Source of the DNA: Heterodontus francisci | Taxonomy: Eukaryota | Assembly: GCF_036365525.1 (NCBI RefSeq) | Contig: NC_090417.1 | Location: forward strand, 3,024,832-3,088,831 | DNA length: 64,000 nt | Reading direction: 5' to 3' | Shown here: piece after piece, positions 34,766-49,198 of the stretch | How the letters are laid out: every line of letters starts with the position of its first letter | How positions within the stretch are numbered: the stretch's first letter is position 1 | Position numbers and translations under genes: made by a program | Notes under the pieces: model-generated | Told to the model about the DNA's origin: nothing | Databases searched by the model: none | The model's input: only the letters and a program-made list of their open reading frames with translations

Positions 34766-35779
34766 GTTAGTATGTCCTCTTTCGTCGTCGCTGACCTTCC
34801 ATTGCCCTCCAATTTACAGCACTCATCCTCGGATTTAAAACTCCTCCCAGTGAGGTTAACTGAAGCTGCTTAGGGTGAAATAGGGTTTGTGCCCTCACAG
34901 CTGAGGTTGGTTTCCTATACCTAAGGCCACTGGCATTGCCTCCCTCCCCCATTAGGTATCTAGCCCACAGTGCCCATTGTGCGCAGCCTGCAGTGTAGCT
35001 GCACTCTCTCCATATTCAGGTTCACCTCAATAATACTTGGAATATTCGGGATCAGACCACACTGTGAAGTGTTGCAACTAAACTACAGTTGAGCACTCAG
35101 AAATTCAAAAAAGAATTAATCTTCATTCAAAGGAACCCTTGTCAGCAAGTGCTGGAAATATGGAGCAGTGTCTGAAAGTGAAATAGCTGACCCCTGACTG
35201 CTGCTCACTGACCTTTGTCTATCTCTGGGTCACAGGGTTCAGTTGAAAGATAGGATGATGTGAAATGGTTTCAAATGGTCAGGTTAACACTGAGGTAATG
35301 TTGCATGTTTACCCCTTCTCCCCCACCCCATTACTCCCACTGCGCAGGTCACAATCTGGGCTTTATACCCCTGAGGCTGTGCTGTGTACCCCTCACGCAG
35401 ACATCACCCAATTCCTAGGCTGAGCTGCGTGCACTGAACTGACTGGTGCTTTGGTCTCTGGGTTCATTATGGAGGGTCAGCACAGGTTCCCCACCCCCTC
35501 ATCACTGCTGTATGATCTCTCTGGATAGACCGCCTGTGTGTGGGTGTTCAGGATTGGGCTCAGTTGTGGCGCCTGCTGCGGTGAAATAGTCTACCAATAT
35601 TGAGGCTTGTGTGATTCACGGGCACCCAGGTGAGGGGTAAAAGGGGTGCTTGGATTGTAAGTACTGATTCCTGATACACCCCTTCCCCAGTATCCCCCTT
35701 GCCCACCTCATGACCCTGGTCCTCTGGGTGTGGGATATTAGGGTACAGGAAGATATAACCCTCTGTTCCATCCAGCCAG

Positions 35780-37060
35780 TCACCACAATTGTGATGCCTG
35801 GTATATCACAGTATAAACACTCCCCACCCCAGCAGAAACCAGGAGGTTTCTTTGGCGAGGCAAAGAAAACAGATTAAAGACGCAGGGCAATTTTGGGGGA
35901 AAAGCCTCTGAGAAATTCTTCTCCGACCCATCTAGGCGATCAAAATTAATCCAGGAGATCACTGTGGCCCTGGATTCTCCGAAGTGCTTACCTTAAATAA
36001 GAGGTGATCACTGACCCAGCTAGGAACAGGGTCCAGCTCTTGTGCGAGGGAATTCAGTGAATCGGTGTCACCACACGAGGCTGCAGCCTGTTCCAGAGGT
36101 TCACTATTGTCTGGGAAAAGAACCTCCTCCTGACATCTATCCAAGATGTGGCCTTTTACAACTTAAACATGTTTCATTAGACCAAACTGTCTACACAAAT
36201 ACAGTCCATTCCCTTCACCATTTTATAAACCTCGATCAAATCACCCAAAATCTACACTTCTGTAAAGTGTCAAGTCCCAACTTTTTTAGCCTATCTATGC
36301 TTTATACTGGGAATTAATCCAGAGGCGCCTCCTCTGCACCCTGTCCACAGTCTCAATATCACCCACTATGTGAGGAGATCCAAACAGTATTCCAGGTGAG
36401 GTCGGACAAAGGGCTCATACAAGGATAAAATATTTTTGCCTTGTATTGGGATCAGTTGTCCTCTGAATGCATCCCAACAACTTATGTGCTCTGGCTGTCA
36501 TTCACGGCATTACTCGTGTACCTTTTAGAGATGTTTGCACTGGAACTCACAGATCTCTTTCCTTCTCCATCTTCTTTAATGCTTTTCCCTGAAGGGTGTA
36601 TGTAATGTTATACAGATGGGCATAAAACTGCACTTTTCCAAATTAAACATCATTTGCCAGTCATGAGCCAAACTCCAACCACATTAAACTTCCACCTGAA
36701 GCTGTTGAGCATCATGTACAGGCTTAGCAATCACACAGATTTTAGTATCATCAGCAAATTTGCAGATTGTGCCTCCAACACCTACATCCAGATCCTTAAT
36801 AAAAATAGGAAAGAACCACCATCCCAGCACTGATCCCACTAGTGACTGGTCTCCAGACAGATCCAAATCCATCTCTAACTACTTTCTGCCAATTCTCAAT
36901 CCAGCTCAATATATTATCACTAATCTTGTACCAAAGCCTCTTGCGCAGTACCTTATCAAAAATGTATTGGAAATCTCCGATCCACTGGAGTTCCCTCATT
37001 TAGCAACTTTGTCAATTCTTCAAAAAAATTCAATCAGAATAGAATCTGGACATTGACCCC
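35780..37060 (-). mobile_element. Old degenerate CR1 LINE
   Basis: ICKFADDTK and FDKV motifs on the minus strand. Confidence 0.7.
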
Positions 37061-37145
37061 TTGGTTAAGAGATAATGAGATGTATTGGGATTGTGATCTC
37101 TTGTGTATTTCCTGCCCACTGTGACTCTGATTCCTTCCCTGCCAG

Positions 37146-38019
37146 GTTTCATTTGTTCCAGAATTCTGCATCAATCCCATCCATATTTTTGGAAGATAAA
37201 GACAAGGTGGTGAATCGTGCCATGCAGCTTGTGGAGCTGGCCAGTGAAACGTGGCTGGTGACTGGGAGACACCCTGTGCCCATCATCACGGCAGCAGCTT
37301 ACCTGGCGTGGCAATCGCTGCTGCCCAGGCACCGGCTAAAGTGCAGCCTGGGGAGGTTCTGCAAGCTGGCTGGGATCAGGCAGCCCCCGCCCACCTCTCA
37401 GCGGGTGAAAGAGATCATCAGCATTCTGGTCAGACTGGCATCGCAGCTGGCGTGGCTGGCAGCACAGCAGCTTGACACAAAGACTGTGGTGAAATACACC
37501 GATGATATTCTCCGCCATCGCACCTTGTTACTCAAGCAGACGCTGAGTTGCGCACGGGGAGAAACCGCAGGCGGACAGACGGACCCAAGTGAAGGAACCG
37601 GATCAGGAACTGGCGGGGAGGCTGAGGGTGGGAGTGGGGAAGCTGAGGGCAGGAGTGAGGAGGGCAGGGAGGCTGAGGCTGGATTTGGGGAGGGCAGGGG
37701 TGCGGAGGGTAGGGAGGCTGAGGGCGGCAGTGAGGAGGGCAGGAGTGGGGAGGGGGATGATGGGGAGACTATGCACTCCCTTCAGGATCAGCTGGGTCAC
37801 TCAGAGGACACAGTGTTGAGGCGTAAACGCGCAGCACCTATCTTCCTCCCTCCGTGCCTCACACAAAGGAAAAAGAGAAAGTCTTACCCGGAACCAGAGA
37901 GAAGCCTCAGCAGCGAGCCGACCACTGGCGAGGAGGAGATATCCGACAGCGAAATCGAGCAGTACCTGAGGACGCCTGAAGAGGTGGCAGCATTCCGGGC
38001 AGCGAGTGCCATCCTGTGA
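37146..38019 (+). CDS. BRF2: BRF2 exon 4: second cyclin fold, LPPC pin, TBP anchor
   Basis: LVELASETWLVTGRHPVPIITAAAYLAWQS, FLPPC, EISDSEIEQYLRTPEEV; stop TGA at 38017-38019; AATAAA at ~39192. Confidence 0.95.
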
Positions 38020-39314
38020 GCGACTCCCTGTGGTCTCTCACTCAGCCAGTGATCCTCAAGGCCCTATCTACAGTCTCTGGCCTGTCCAGAATCACTAAAC
38101 CAGTGGAAGATGTGCTGGAAAATGTGTGCACTCAGCAGCTAACCCCCATGACTGAATCGTCCAATGTGTAGGGCAGAGTGTTCGTTTCCATTTCAATTAG
38201 TTTTGGTCGCTTAAACTTGCTTTTGTTGGATTCTCTGGCCAATTTCTCTGAACTATTTGAGAAGGAGCCTGAGTAACAAATGTGGTGATTTATGTGACTC
38301 AAACCAGTCTCCCTCAGCCTGTGTGATACCAGCGCCTGGACTGGACCCGATGTCTAGCATTTTGTCCTTTTTACTTTAGCCTTCAGCAGAGTTTTTGTTT
38401 AAACTTGTGTTCGATGTGGGTGAAGTGGCAGGGAGCTGGCGGCGGGAGCCATCTGCACCCCAGGGAGCTGGTGCCGAGAACGTCCGTACCCCGGGGAGCT
38501 GAGATGTCTTTGGGTCTTCCCTCTGAAGATGATGATTCTGTCTGGAAAGGGTCTCTCTGGTGCTTCACAATGTAACCTGAACCTGAATGCCAGTTGAGTT
38601 ATCCACAATAAGCAGGAGCCAAATTTGTTCCCTCCCTGCATCCAACCCTCCACTGCCTCATTATAGGCTAGTGAGGCTAGTTATACCCTCGCTGCAATGA
38701 ATGAACACCATCACTCCCAGGGAGCAGAGGGAGAAGGCCATTCAGTCCTCAAGCCTGTTCTACCATTCCATCTACCCGACCTATAATCCCCAACAGCAAT
38801 CGACCATTCTCCGTGTTAAATGTTTTAACCCCAGGGAGTGATGTTAGTATATTAGTGTAATGAGAAGTCTGAAATGCACTGATATGAAGCATGGTAAGCC
38901 TGGTAATAAATGTGACGTCAGTAGTAGATAAACAGCCCAGTTCTGAAGCAGCGATGCAGCCAAAGTGTGTAAGTTGTATATGGCTGCTTGTCTCAGTATA
39001 GCTGTTCAAGCTATGGGTCCTGTATTATCGACATTCCTGTTTCTCTAAACCATCAGCCGCACCCCAAAAATCAGCTCGGTACACAGACACTGTCACCCAC
39101 TCCTGACTGGCTGGCTGACTGACAAATTAGAGTTTGTTATATGTATTGTGCCTGCCTGGTAAAGCTGATATTAATCTCCCAGTGGCACTGAAATAAATAA
39201 CCAGAGAAATTTACTGATGTTGTTCGAGCGTTAATTGTTGGCCTGGACACCCCAACTCTTATAACAGTGCATTGCTGCCTCAGAAAGTAATGGCACTAAA
39301 ATGCAATGAATCCC

Positions 39315-40145
39315 TGTGACCGGATGGTTTCCGTCCCAGGGTTTTAAAGCAAGTAGGTGAGAATATTGCATATTCCCTACTTCTCATCCTTCCTTTCGAT
39401 TGGAAAATTGCATATCACTCCACTATTAAAGAAAGGCAAAAGAGGAATTTTAGACCAGTTAGCCTAACATCCGTTGTCAGGAAATTGCTAGAGTCTATGA
39501 TTAAGGATAGAATGACTGAGCATTTTGAAAATTTTCAGCTTATCAGAGAGAAACAGCCTGGATTTATGAAAGGTAGATCATGCCTGACAAACCTGATTGA
39601 ATTTTTTGAAGAAGTGACTAAAGTATGGGGTAGGGGAATGTCTTTGGATGTTATTTATATGGATTTCCTGAAGGCATTTGATAGAGACTTCTAGCTAAAG
39701 TTGAAGCTCATGGAGATTCCCTGACTGGCAAGAGACAGAGAGTAGGGATAATGGGCAGGTACTCCAGCTGGCAGGATGTGACTAGTGGATTTACTCAAAG
39801 TTTTCAAGATATCAAGGTGAACAGATAGGATAGATAGAAATAAACTATTTCCACTGGTTGGAGAGTTGAGGACTACGGGACATAGTCTAAAGATTAGAGC
39901 CAGACTTTTCAGGAGTGAAGTTAGGAAACACTTATACATGCAAAGGGTGCTTTGGAACTCTCTTCCGCAAATGGCAATGATTCTAGATCAATTGTTAATT
40001 TTAAATCTGAGAGATTTTTATTAACCCGAGGTATTGAGGGATATGGGGCAAAGGCAGGTAAGTAGAGTTAGGTCACAGATCAGCCTCGATCTCACTGAAT
40101 TGTGGAAGAGGTCCAAGGGGCTAAATAGCCTCCTCCTGTTCCTAT
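39315..40145 (+). mobile_element. Internally deleted CR1 LINE
   Basis: GRSCLTNLIEFFEEV and DVIYMDFLKAFD motifs. Confidence 0.85.
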
Positions 40146-41590
40146 GTGTGGATAATTTATGACCGTGCATGATTTCAGAGACTAATTAAAAGCAGCTTCA
40201 CTGAACATTTCTAGCTGAACTAGCTACCATCGTTCTAAAGTGTTTGCAGCCTTAAATAGATTTTGACTGGCTTTTCCTTAAGTCGTTAGCATGAAGTAAG
40301 TTTAGATTGGTTCGTTGACTGCGTTCTGTGCTGTTCTCGGTTTGCCGAGACATCACTTTGAAAACTAGCAACACAGAGAACTGGCTAACAATAATGGAGC
40401 CGTTTTGCGCATTACTTTATGTCTTCATTCAGAGTTCTTCTAGGTTAAGACAATGTGTCATCTACCTGAGCTTTGCATAAATCCCCAGTCATAGAAAATT
40501 TACAGCACAGTAGGAGGCCATTCAGCCCATCATGTCTATGCCAGCTGAAAAAGAGCTATCTAGCTCTGTCTGTAGCCTTGTAGTTTCCAGACCCCCACAA
40601 CCCTCTGGCTGAAAAAGTTTCTCCTGAACTCCCCTCTAGTCCATCTACCAATTGAAATCTTTGGCTCCCAGTTATTGAGAATACGAGGTAAGTGCAGTGA
40701 TAATAGCCTCAGAACCCAAATAGTCCTGCAGCGAGGCGTCCGAAATGTACCCTGCACTCTGATCATTCAGGGAGGCTCTCTTGTCTCTCCTCAGCTCAGT
40801 TCAGCACAGCACACAAAAATACAATATTTAGTACAGTATGATGGATATTCATTCTTTTTTGTTTAATCACAAAAAATGTCCTTGGTTCTGGCAGGAATCA
40901 TTACAAGCTGTGATTAAACCACTTCACCAACTTCCTTTCAGACAAGGGAGCCATTCTCTATACAACAAGCAGCTCTCATTAAAAGGAGTTCACTTTCATC
41001 TCCTGAGAACACAGACTATCTACAAACAACAGCAACAGAAGACCCCAGGGTACATTCACATGATTCGGTCATCTTTAGACATAAATAAAACTTGCAGCTA
41101 TATAACCCCCTACCTTTCAAATGTTCAAAGCATTTCACACAATCATGTGCAAACAGTGACACGTAATCTTGCATCTTATGTGCCTTGAGCCACAGCCAAG
41201 TGTAAACCAGTAATGGTGCAGGACAGGAGTGGGGGAAATGGGGAGAGGAGAGAGGGAATAGAGGCACCATTCAGGATCTGAGGCTGAGCTTTGCTGTTTC
41301 CAGGAACATGTAGCTCACAGAGGAGTAGGTCATTAACCCCATTTCTCATGCACCATTACCAGGTGCAAGCTTAATCCATGAATCAAATTTAAGGTGGGAA
41401 TCGGAGAAGAGAAGGAAAATTTCCAAATTCCCCACAGTAACAAAAAGGCTATACTCAGTTCAATTTAAACATAACATTGAGAACGATGAGGACGGATTGT
41501 CCAAGTCAGTGAGCTGGAAACATGTGTACAATGTCCAGTGACAGTTCAACGGTCTCTTGACAAAAGGCACAGAGCACGGCCAGTCTGAGT

Positions 41591-41770
<180 letters not shown>

Positions 41771-42689
41771 CTATACTCTCATTTTAACTCCCTCAGTAAT
41801 TTCTCCTACTAAAACACAATCCAGCTCCCTCACCAATTGGCTGCCATAATCTGAACTTGTATAAGAGGTGTGGACATTCGTCCAAAGTATGGGAGTCGAG
41901 AGACCACCAAAATTTGGTCTAAAGGGTGGGATTTGCAAATGTTTTGAAATTTGGGGTAAGAGGTGGAGTAGGGAGGGGGGTACAGACTGGAGCAGGGTAG
42001 GACAAGACACATAGAGGGATAAAGTGGGAGAGGGATGTGACACTGGGTCACTGCAGAAGCTGGGGTGAGGGATAAAGTCAGGGAGTGAGTTGTGAATGAG
42101 GATTTTCAACAGAACACAGTGAGAGCTGGGGAGCCACAGTTGGTAAGTAATCAGGGGACAGCCACATGGAGCTTATGCAGGTTGAAAGCAGCAAGGGCTT
42201 TGGAGAAATTCAGCAGTCATGCAGTAAAGCCGTGGAGAAGGATTTGAATCGGGGGGGGGGGGGGGGGGGGGGGAAATATGAGCAAGCTCCGCTCTGGGTG
42301 GGTGCAATTTCAGGCGAGGGAGCGGAAGCTTGGTGGGACTGGACCTCCCTATTAATAATATCAAACATGTTAGTTGATGCATTTATTTATAAAGTACAAA
42401 GCCAGTACAGTCCAGCCCGACCCGAGCCCGAATGCTGGACACAGAATAAAGACCCGACCCCGACACATGTAGTCGGGTTCGGGTCGGGTAGCCAGGCTTC
42501 AGTGGGTGTAACAAACATTTCTAAACTGATGCAGTGTCTGTGGAAGAGCTTGGTGAGGAAGAGTTATGGGAAAGGATAAATCATGGGGAACGAAAGGTAG
42601 CGGTGATGGGGTGGGAAGCCCTTGCTGAAGAAGTGCTGACAAGTCAGAGGGAATACAGTGGAAGGAAGTTTCAAGGAAGTAAGACCAGG

Positions 42690-45510
42690 ATGGATGGCCT
42701 CTACTTTAATGCCAGGAGTATTTCAGGTAAAACGGATGAGTTAAGGGAAAGGATTGACACATGGAATTGTGATATGGTAGCCATCACGGAGACATGGTTG
42801 AGGGAGGGGCAGGTTTGGCACTCAATATCCTGGGATATAGAATCTTCAGGCGAGACAGAGGAGGGGGCATTGCAATATTAGTTAAGGGATCAGTTACTGC
42901 AGTAAGGAGAGATGATATCTTGGAGGGGACATCAAATGAAGCTTTATGGGTAGAGTTTAGGAATAAAAAAGGGACAGCCACATTGCTAGGTGTTTATTAT
43001 AGACCCCCAGATAGTCAGCGGGAAATTGAGGAGCAAATATGTGCGCAATTCGCAGAGGTGTGTAAAAATAATAGGGTAGTTATATTCGGTGATTTCAACT
43101 TTCCCAACATTAATTGGGATAGTCATTGTGTTAAGGGCTTAGATGAAGTGGAGTTCTTAAAATGTATACAGGAGAACTTTTTAGCTCAATATGTAGAGGA
43201 TCCAACAAGGGAGGGTGCAGTGCTGGACCTAATTCTGGGGAATGAAGCCGGACAGGTGGTTGACGTTTTGGTGGGGCAGCATTTTGGTGATAGCGACCAC
43301 AACATGGTACAATTTAAGCTTGTTATGGAGAAAGAAATAGATAAGTTGCAAAAAAAGGTTTTTGGATTGGGGGAGAGCGAATTTTAGTAAAGTAAGGCAG
43401 GATCTGGCCAAGGTAGACTGGAAAGAGTTACTTGTTGGGAAATCTACAGAAGAGCAATGGGGAGGGTACAGGCCCAACATGTTCCCTCTAGGGTAATAGG
43501 AGCAACAAGCCCAGAGAACCATGGATGACCAGAAACATTCAGGGTACGATGAGAAGGAAAAGAGAGGCTTTTAGCAAATATAAGGAGTGCAGTAGCAAAT
43601 ATAAGCAAATCAATGGAAGCATTAGTGGAATACAGAAAGTGTAGGATGGACCTTAAGAAAGCAATTAGGAGAGCAAAGATGGACATGAGAAAGCTCTGGC
43701 TGGTAAAAGTGGGGAAAATCCCAAGATATTCCATAAGTCTATAAATGGGAAGAGGATAACCAGGGAAAGAGTAGGACCCATTAGGGACCAAGGGGGAAAT
43801 CTGTGGGTGGAGCCAGAGGACATTGGTAGGGTGTTGAATGAATACTTCACATCTGTCTTCACCCAAGAAAATGAGGAAGTAGATGTGGAACTGAGAGAGA
43901 GAGACTGAGGTTCTTGAGCAAATTGTCATAGGGAGTGACAAGGTATTGGAGGTTTTGGAAGGCTTAAAAGTGGACAAATCTCCAGGTCTGGACGATTTGT
44001 GTCCCAGGATGCTGTGGGAGGCGAGGGTGGTGATTGCAGGGGCTCTGACCCAAATTTTAATTCCTCTCTGGCCACCAGGGAGGTGCCAGAGGACCGGAGA
44101 ACAGCTAATGTGGTCCCACTATTTAAGAAAGGTTGTAGAGATAAGCCAGAGAACTATAGACCAGTGAATCTCACGTCAGTGGTAGGGAAACTATTAGAGA
44201 AAATTCTGAAGGAGAGAATCTATCTCCACTTGGAGAGGCAAAATTTGATTAGGAATAGTCAGCATAGCTTTGTCAGAGGGAGGTTATGCCTAACAAATTT
44301 GATTGAATTTTTTGAGCATGTGACCAGGTGTGCAGATGAGGGTAGTGCAGTTGATGTAGTTTACATGGATTTCAGCAAAGCCTTTGACAAGGTCCCACAT
44401 GGGAGACTTATCAAGAAAGCAAATGCACATGGGATACGGGGTAACTTGATAAGGTGGATTCAAAATTGTCTTAGCTGTAGGAGACAGAGTGATGACAGAC
44501 GGCTGTTTCAGTGACTGGAAGCCAGTGTCCAGTGGCGTACCACAGGGATCTGTGCTGGGTCCCCTATTGTTTGTCATTTATATAAATGACATAGATGACT
44601 ATGTGGGGGGTAGGATCAGTACATTCGTGGATGACACAAAGATTGGCCGAGTGGTTAACAGTGAGGTTGAGTGTCTTGGGTTACAGGAAGATATAGACGG
44701 GATGGTCAAATGGGCAGAAAAGTGGCAGATGGAATTTAACCCTGAAAAGTGTGAGGTGATACACTTTGGAAGGAGTAATGTGACATGGAAGTATTCAATG
44801 AATGGCCTGACACTGGGAAGTTCTGAGGAACAAAGGGACCTTGGCGTGTTTGTCCATAGATCCCTGAAGGCAAAAGGGCAGGTTAATAGGGTGGTGAAAA
44901 AGGCATATGGGACACTTACCTTTATCAATCGAGGCATAGATTACAAAAGCAGGGAGGTCATGTTGGAGTTATATAGAACTTTGGTAAGGCCACAGTTGGA
45001 GTACTGTGTGCAATTCTGGTCGCCACATTATAGGAAGGATGTGATTGCACTGGAGGGGGTGTAGAGGCAATTCATCAGGATGTTGCCTGGGATGGAACAT
45101 TTTAGCTATGAAGAGAGGTTGGATAGGCTTGGGTTGTTTTCGCTGGAACAGAGAAGACTGAGGGTGACCTGATCAAGGTGTACAAGATTATGAGGGTCAT
45201 GGACAGGGTGGATAGGGAGCAGCTGTTCCCCTTAGTTGAAGGGTCAGTTACTAGGGGACACAAGTTTAAGGTGAGGGGCAGGAGGTTTAAGGGGGATTTG
45301 AGGAAGAACTTTTTTACCCAGAGGGTGGTGACAGGCTGGAATGCCCTGCCTGGGAGAGTGGTAGAGGCGGGTTGCCTCACATCCTTTAAAAAGTACCTGG
45401 ATGAGCACTTGGTACGTCATAACATTCGAGACAATGGGCCAAGTGCTGGCAAATGGGATTAGGTAGACAGGTCAGGTGGCTTTAATGCTTTGGTGCAGAC
45501 TCGATGGGCT
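42690..45510 (+). mobile_element. CR1 LINE with near-complete but disrupted ORF2 (APE endonuclease + RT)
   Basis: YFNARS, AITETW, GVYYRPP, GDFNFP and SDHN endonuclease motifs; RT GVPQGSVLGP and FVDDTK; several frameshifts. Confidence 0.92.
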
Positions 45511-46194
45511 GTGATTCTATAGTGGATTCACACAAGGGATGCCCCAAGGCGCAGGGCTGGATGCAATCCACCGCTGAATGCTCCAACTTTACCCTTTGTT
45601 AATAGAATGGACAAGTCCATTCATCCAAGATTGGGACAGTTGGAGGAATGGTTATAGATAAGTAGCTCAAAAGCGCTCCCCTTTTTGTTTTTGAAAATCT
45701 GCTGATATTTCAAAACTCTTTCTATTTTGTCTCTTATTTTTCTTTCAAAAGAAAGCTCTTTAACTTCACACCGTTCATTACAGATACCTTGCCTCTGCAT
45801 GTCACACATTCTGAGGGCAAACGCATTAGTAGCTGCAAGCTTTGTACAAGCGAGGTTCTCACACCGCGAAAGGCAACATAAAGGTTTCAAAGAGAGCTCC
45901 CAGTCACACCTCCTCAAATAATCAAGGTGAGTTACACACTGGTGCGGTAAGAACTTCCAGAAATTTTTAAACAAATAGAAGATAAATTGTTCATTCATTT
46001 TAATGCAAGATTCTCGACTACATTTTCATGCTTGTTTTAAAGGTACAAGGTGTCACTTAAGTGTCAGTGAATTCAATTGTTTGAGAAATGTTTACTTTGA
46101 CAAAGCTTTCTTTGATATAGTTTAACATCATGGACACACAAAAGCTTTAACTTACTGAACAAGACGAACAGACAAAATGATTGCATGCTACTTA

Positions 46195-46353
<159 letters not shown>

Positions 46354-46766
46354 CTAGAGGACTTCACTTGTTTAGCAAAAGGACCTTTAAGGAAGTCAAC
46401 AACTGATTACTCTCAGAGGGAAATCAGCGCCATTACACCGTGATCATTCTCAGGGTGCAGGCAATAATGGGACAGCTGACATTTATTGCCCTGAGAAGGC
46501 GGAGGGGGCACTTCAGAGGTCACTTAGGGTGGGATTGGAGTCACGTGTCGGCCAGACCCAGTAGGGATGGCAGGGGAGAGAGATCCAGTTGGGTTTTTAC
46601 AATAATCCATTGTTATCTGTTCTGATGCCAGTCCAGAATGAGCAGATTTATTGAATTCAATTTCAGTTTGCCATGAACCCGTGACCTCTGGTTGTTAGCC
46701 CAGTTCCACAGGCGATGGGCTGCCCTGCTCACTTAGCACAGCATCAGTTGTAACGAAACAATATTC

Positions 46767-48924
46767 GGCAGGAATTGAAGAATTTAGATTGGGGCGGCTG
46801 TTTGAGGGTAAATCAACATCTGATATGTGGGAGTCTTTCAAACGTCAGTTGATTAGAATCCAGGACCAGCATGTTCCTGTGAGGAAGGAGGGTAAGTTTG
46901 GCAAGTTTCGGGAACCTTGGATAACGCGGGATATTGTGAGCCGAGTCAAAAAGAAAAAGGAAGCATTTGTAAGGGCTGGAAGGCTAGGAACAGACGAAGC
47001 ACTTGAGGAATATCAAGACAGTAGGAAGGAACTGAAGCAAGGAGTCAGGAGGGCTAAAAAGGGTCGTGAAAAGTCATTGGCAAACAGGATTAAGGATAAT
47101 CCCAAGGCTTTTTATACATGTATAAAGAGCAAGAGGGTAAACTAGGGAAAGGGTTGGCCCGCTCAAGGACAGAGAAGGGAATCTATGTGTGGAGCCAGAG
47201 GAAATGGGCGAGGTACTAAATGAGTACTTTGCATCAGTATTCACCAAAGAGAAGGACTTGGTGGATGAGCCTAGGGAAGGGAGTGTAGATAGTCTCAGTC
47301 ATCTCATTATCAAAAAGGAGGAGGTGTTGGGTGTCTTGCAAAGCATTAAGGTAGATAAGTCCCCAGGGCCTGATGGAATCTACCCCAGAATACTAAGGGA
47401 GGCAAGGGAAGAAATTGCTGGGGCCTAGACTGAAATCTTTGCATCCTCATTGGCTACAGGTGAGGTCCCAGAGGACTGGAGAATAGCCAATGTTGTTCCT
47501 TTGTTTAAGAAGGGTAGCAAGGATAATCCAGGAAATAATAGGCCGGTGAGCCTGACATCAGTGGTAGGGAAATTATTAGAGAGGATTCTTCAGGACAGGA
47601 TTTACTCCCATTTGGAAACAAACAAACTTATTAGCGAGAGGCAGCATGGTTTTGTGAAGGGGAGGTCGTGTCTCACTAATTTGATTGAGTTTTTTGAGGA
47701 AGTGACAAAGATGATTGATGAAGGAAGGGCAGTGGATGTTATCTATATGGACTTCAGTAAAGCCTTTGACAAGTTCCCTCATGGCAGACTGGTACAAAAG
47801 GTGAAGTCACACGGGATCAGAGGTGAGCTGGCAAGATGGATACAGAACTGGCTCGGTCACAGAAGACAGAGGGTAGCAGTGGAAGGGTGTTTTTCTGAAT
47901 GGAGGGATGTGACTAGTGGTGTTCCGCAGGGATCAGTGCTGGGACCTTTGCTGTTTGAAGTATATATAAATGATTTGGAGGAAAATGTAGCTGGTCTGAT
48001 TAGTAAGTTTGCGGACGACACAAAGGTTGGTGGAGTTGCGGACAGTGATGAGGATTGTCAGAGGATACAGCAGGATATAGATCGGTTGGAGACTTGGGCG
48101 GAGAAATGGCAGATGAAGTTTAATCCGGACAAATGTGAGGTAATGCATTTTGGAAGATCTAATGCAGGTGGGAAGTATACAGTAAATGGCAGAACCCTTA
48201 GGAGTATTGACAGACAGAGAGATCTGGGCGTACAGGTCCACAGGTCACTGGAAGTGGCAACGCAGGTGGATAAGGTAGTCAAGAAGGCATACGGTATGCT
48301 TGCCTTCATCGGTCGGGGCATAGAGTGTAACAATTGGCAAGTCATGCTGCAGCTGTACAGAACTTTAGTTAGGCCACACTTAGAATATTGCGTGCAATTC
48401 TGGTCGCCACACTACCAGAAGGACGTGGAGGCTTTGGAGAGGGTACAGAAGAGGTTTACCAGGATGTTGCCTGGTCTGGAGGGCATTAGCTATGAGGAGA
48501 GGTTGGATAAACTTGGATTGTTTTCACTGGAACGACGGAGGCGGAGGGGCGACATGATAGAGGTTTACAAAGTTATGAGCGGCACGGACAGAGTGGATAG
48601 TCAGAAGCTTTTTCCCAGGGTGCAAGAGTCAGTTACTAGGGGACATAGGTTTAAGGTGAGAGGGGAAAAGTTTAGAGGGGATGTGCGAGGCAAGTTCTTT
48701 ACACAGAGGGTGGTGAGTGCCTGGAACTTGCTGCGGGGGGAGGTGGTGGAAGCAGATACGATAGTGACATTTAAGAGGCATCTTGACAAATACATGAATA
48801 GGATGGGAATAGAGGGATACGGTCCCCGGAAGTGCAGAAGGTTTTAGTTTAGGCAGGCATCAAGATCGGCGCAGGCTTGGAGGGCCGAATGGCCTGTTCC
48901 TGTGCTGTACTGTTCTTTGTTCTT
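46767..48924 (+). mobile_element. Young 5'-truncated CR1 LINE; RT and C-terminus open for 465 codons
   Basis: ORF 47450-48847 carries the RT motifs; tail ctgttctttgttctt; one frameshift at ~47140 and a stop at ~47426. Confidence 0.95.
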
Positions 48925-48976
48925 AAGTCTCTAAAACGATTACAGCTGCCTATTAATACTGTATAAACTGGAGTCA

Positions 48977-49198
<222 letters not shown>

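Noticed and set aside
38017-38720. SECIS making the BRF2 TGA a selenocysteine codon
   Set aside because: ATGA...AA candidates at ~38148 and ~38532 lack a complementary 3' helix and GA quartet, and the TGA is at the normal C-terminus
45621-45998. 125-aa minus-strand ORF in the FHIP2B last intron
   Set aside because: Not needed for the FHIP2B frame, no recognisable domain and no convincing splice sites
46767-48924. Autonomous active LINE or domesticated RT gene
   Set aside because: 5'-truncated with no endonuclease domain, plus a frameshift and a stop upstream of the RT
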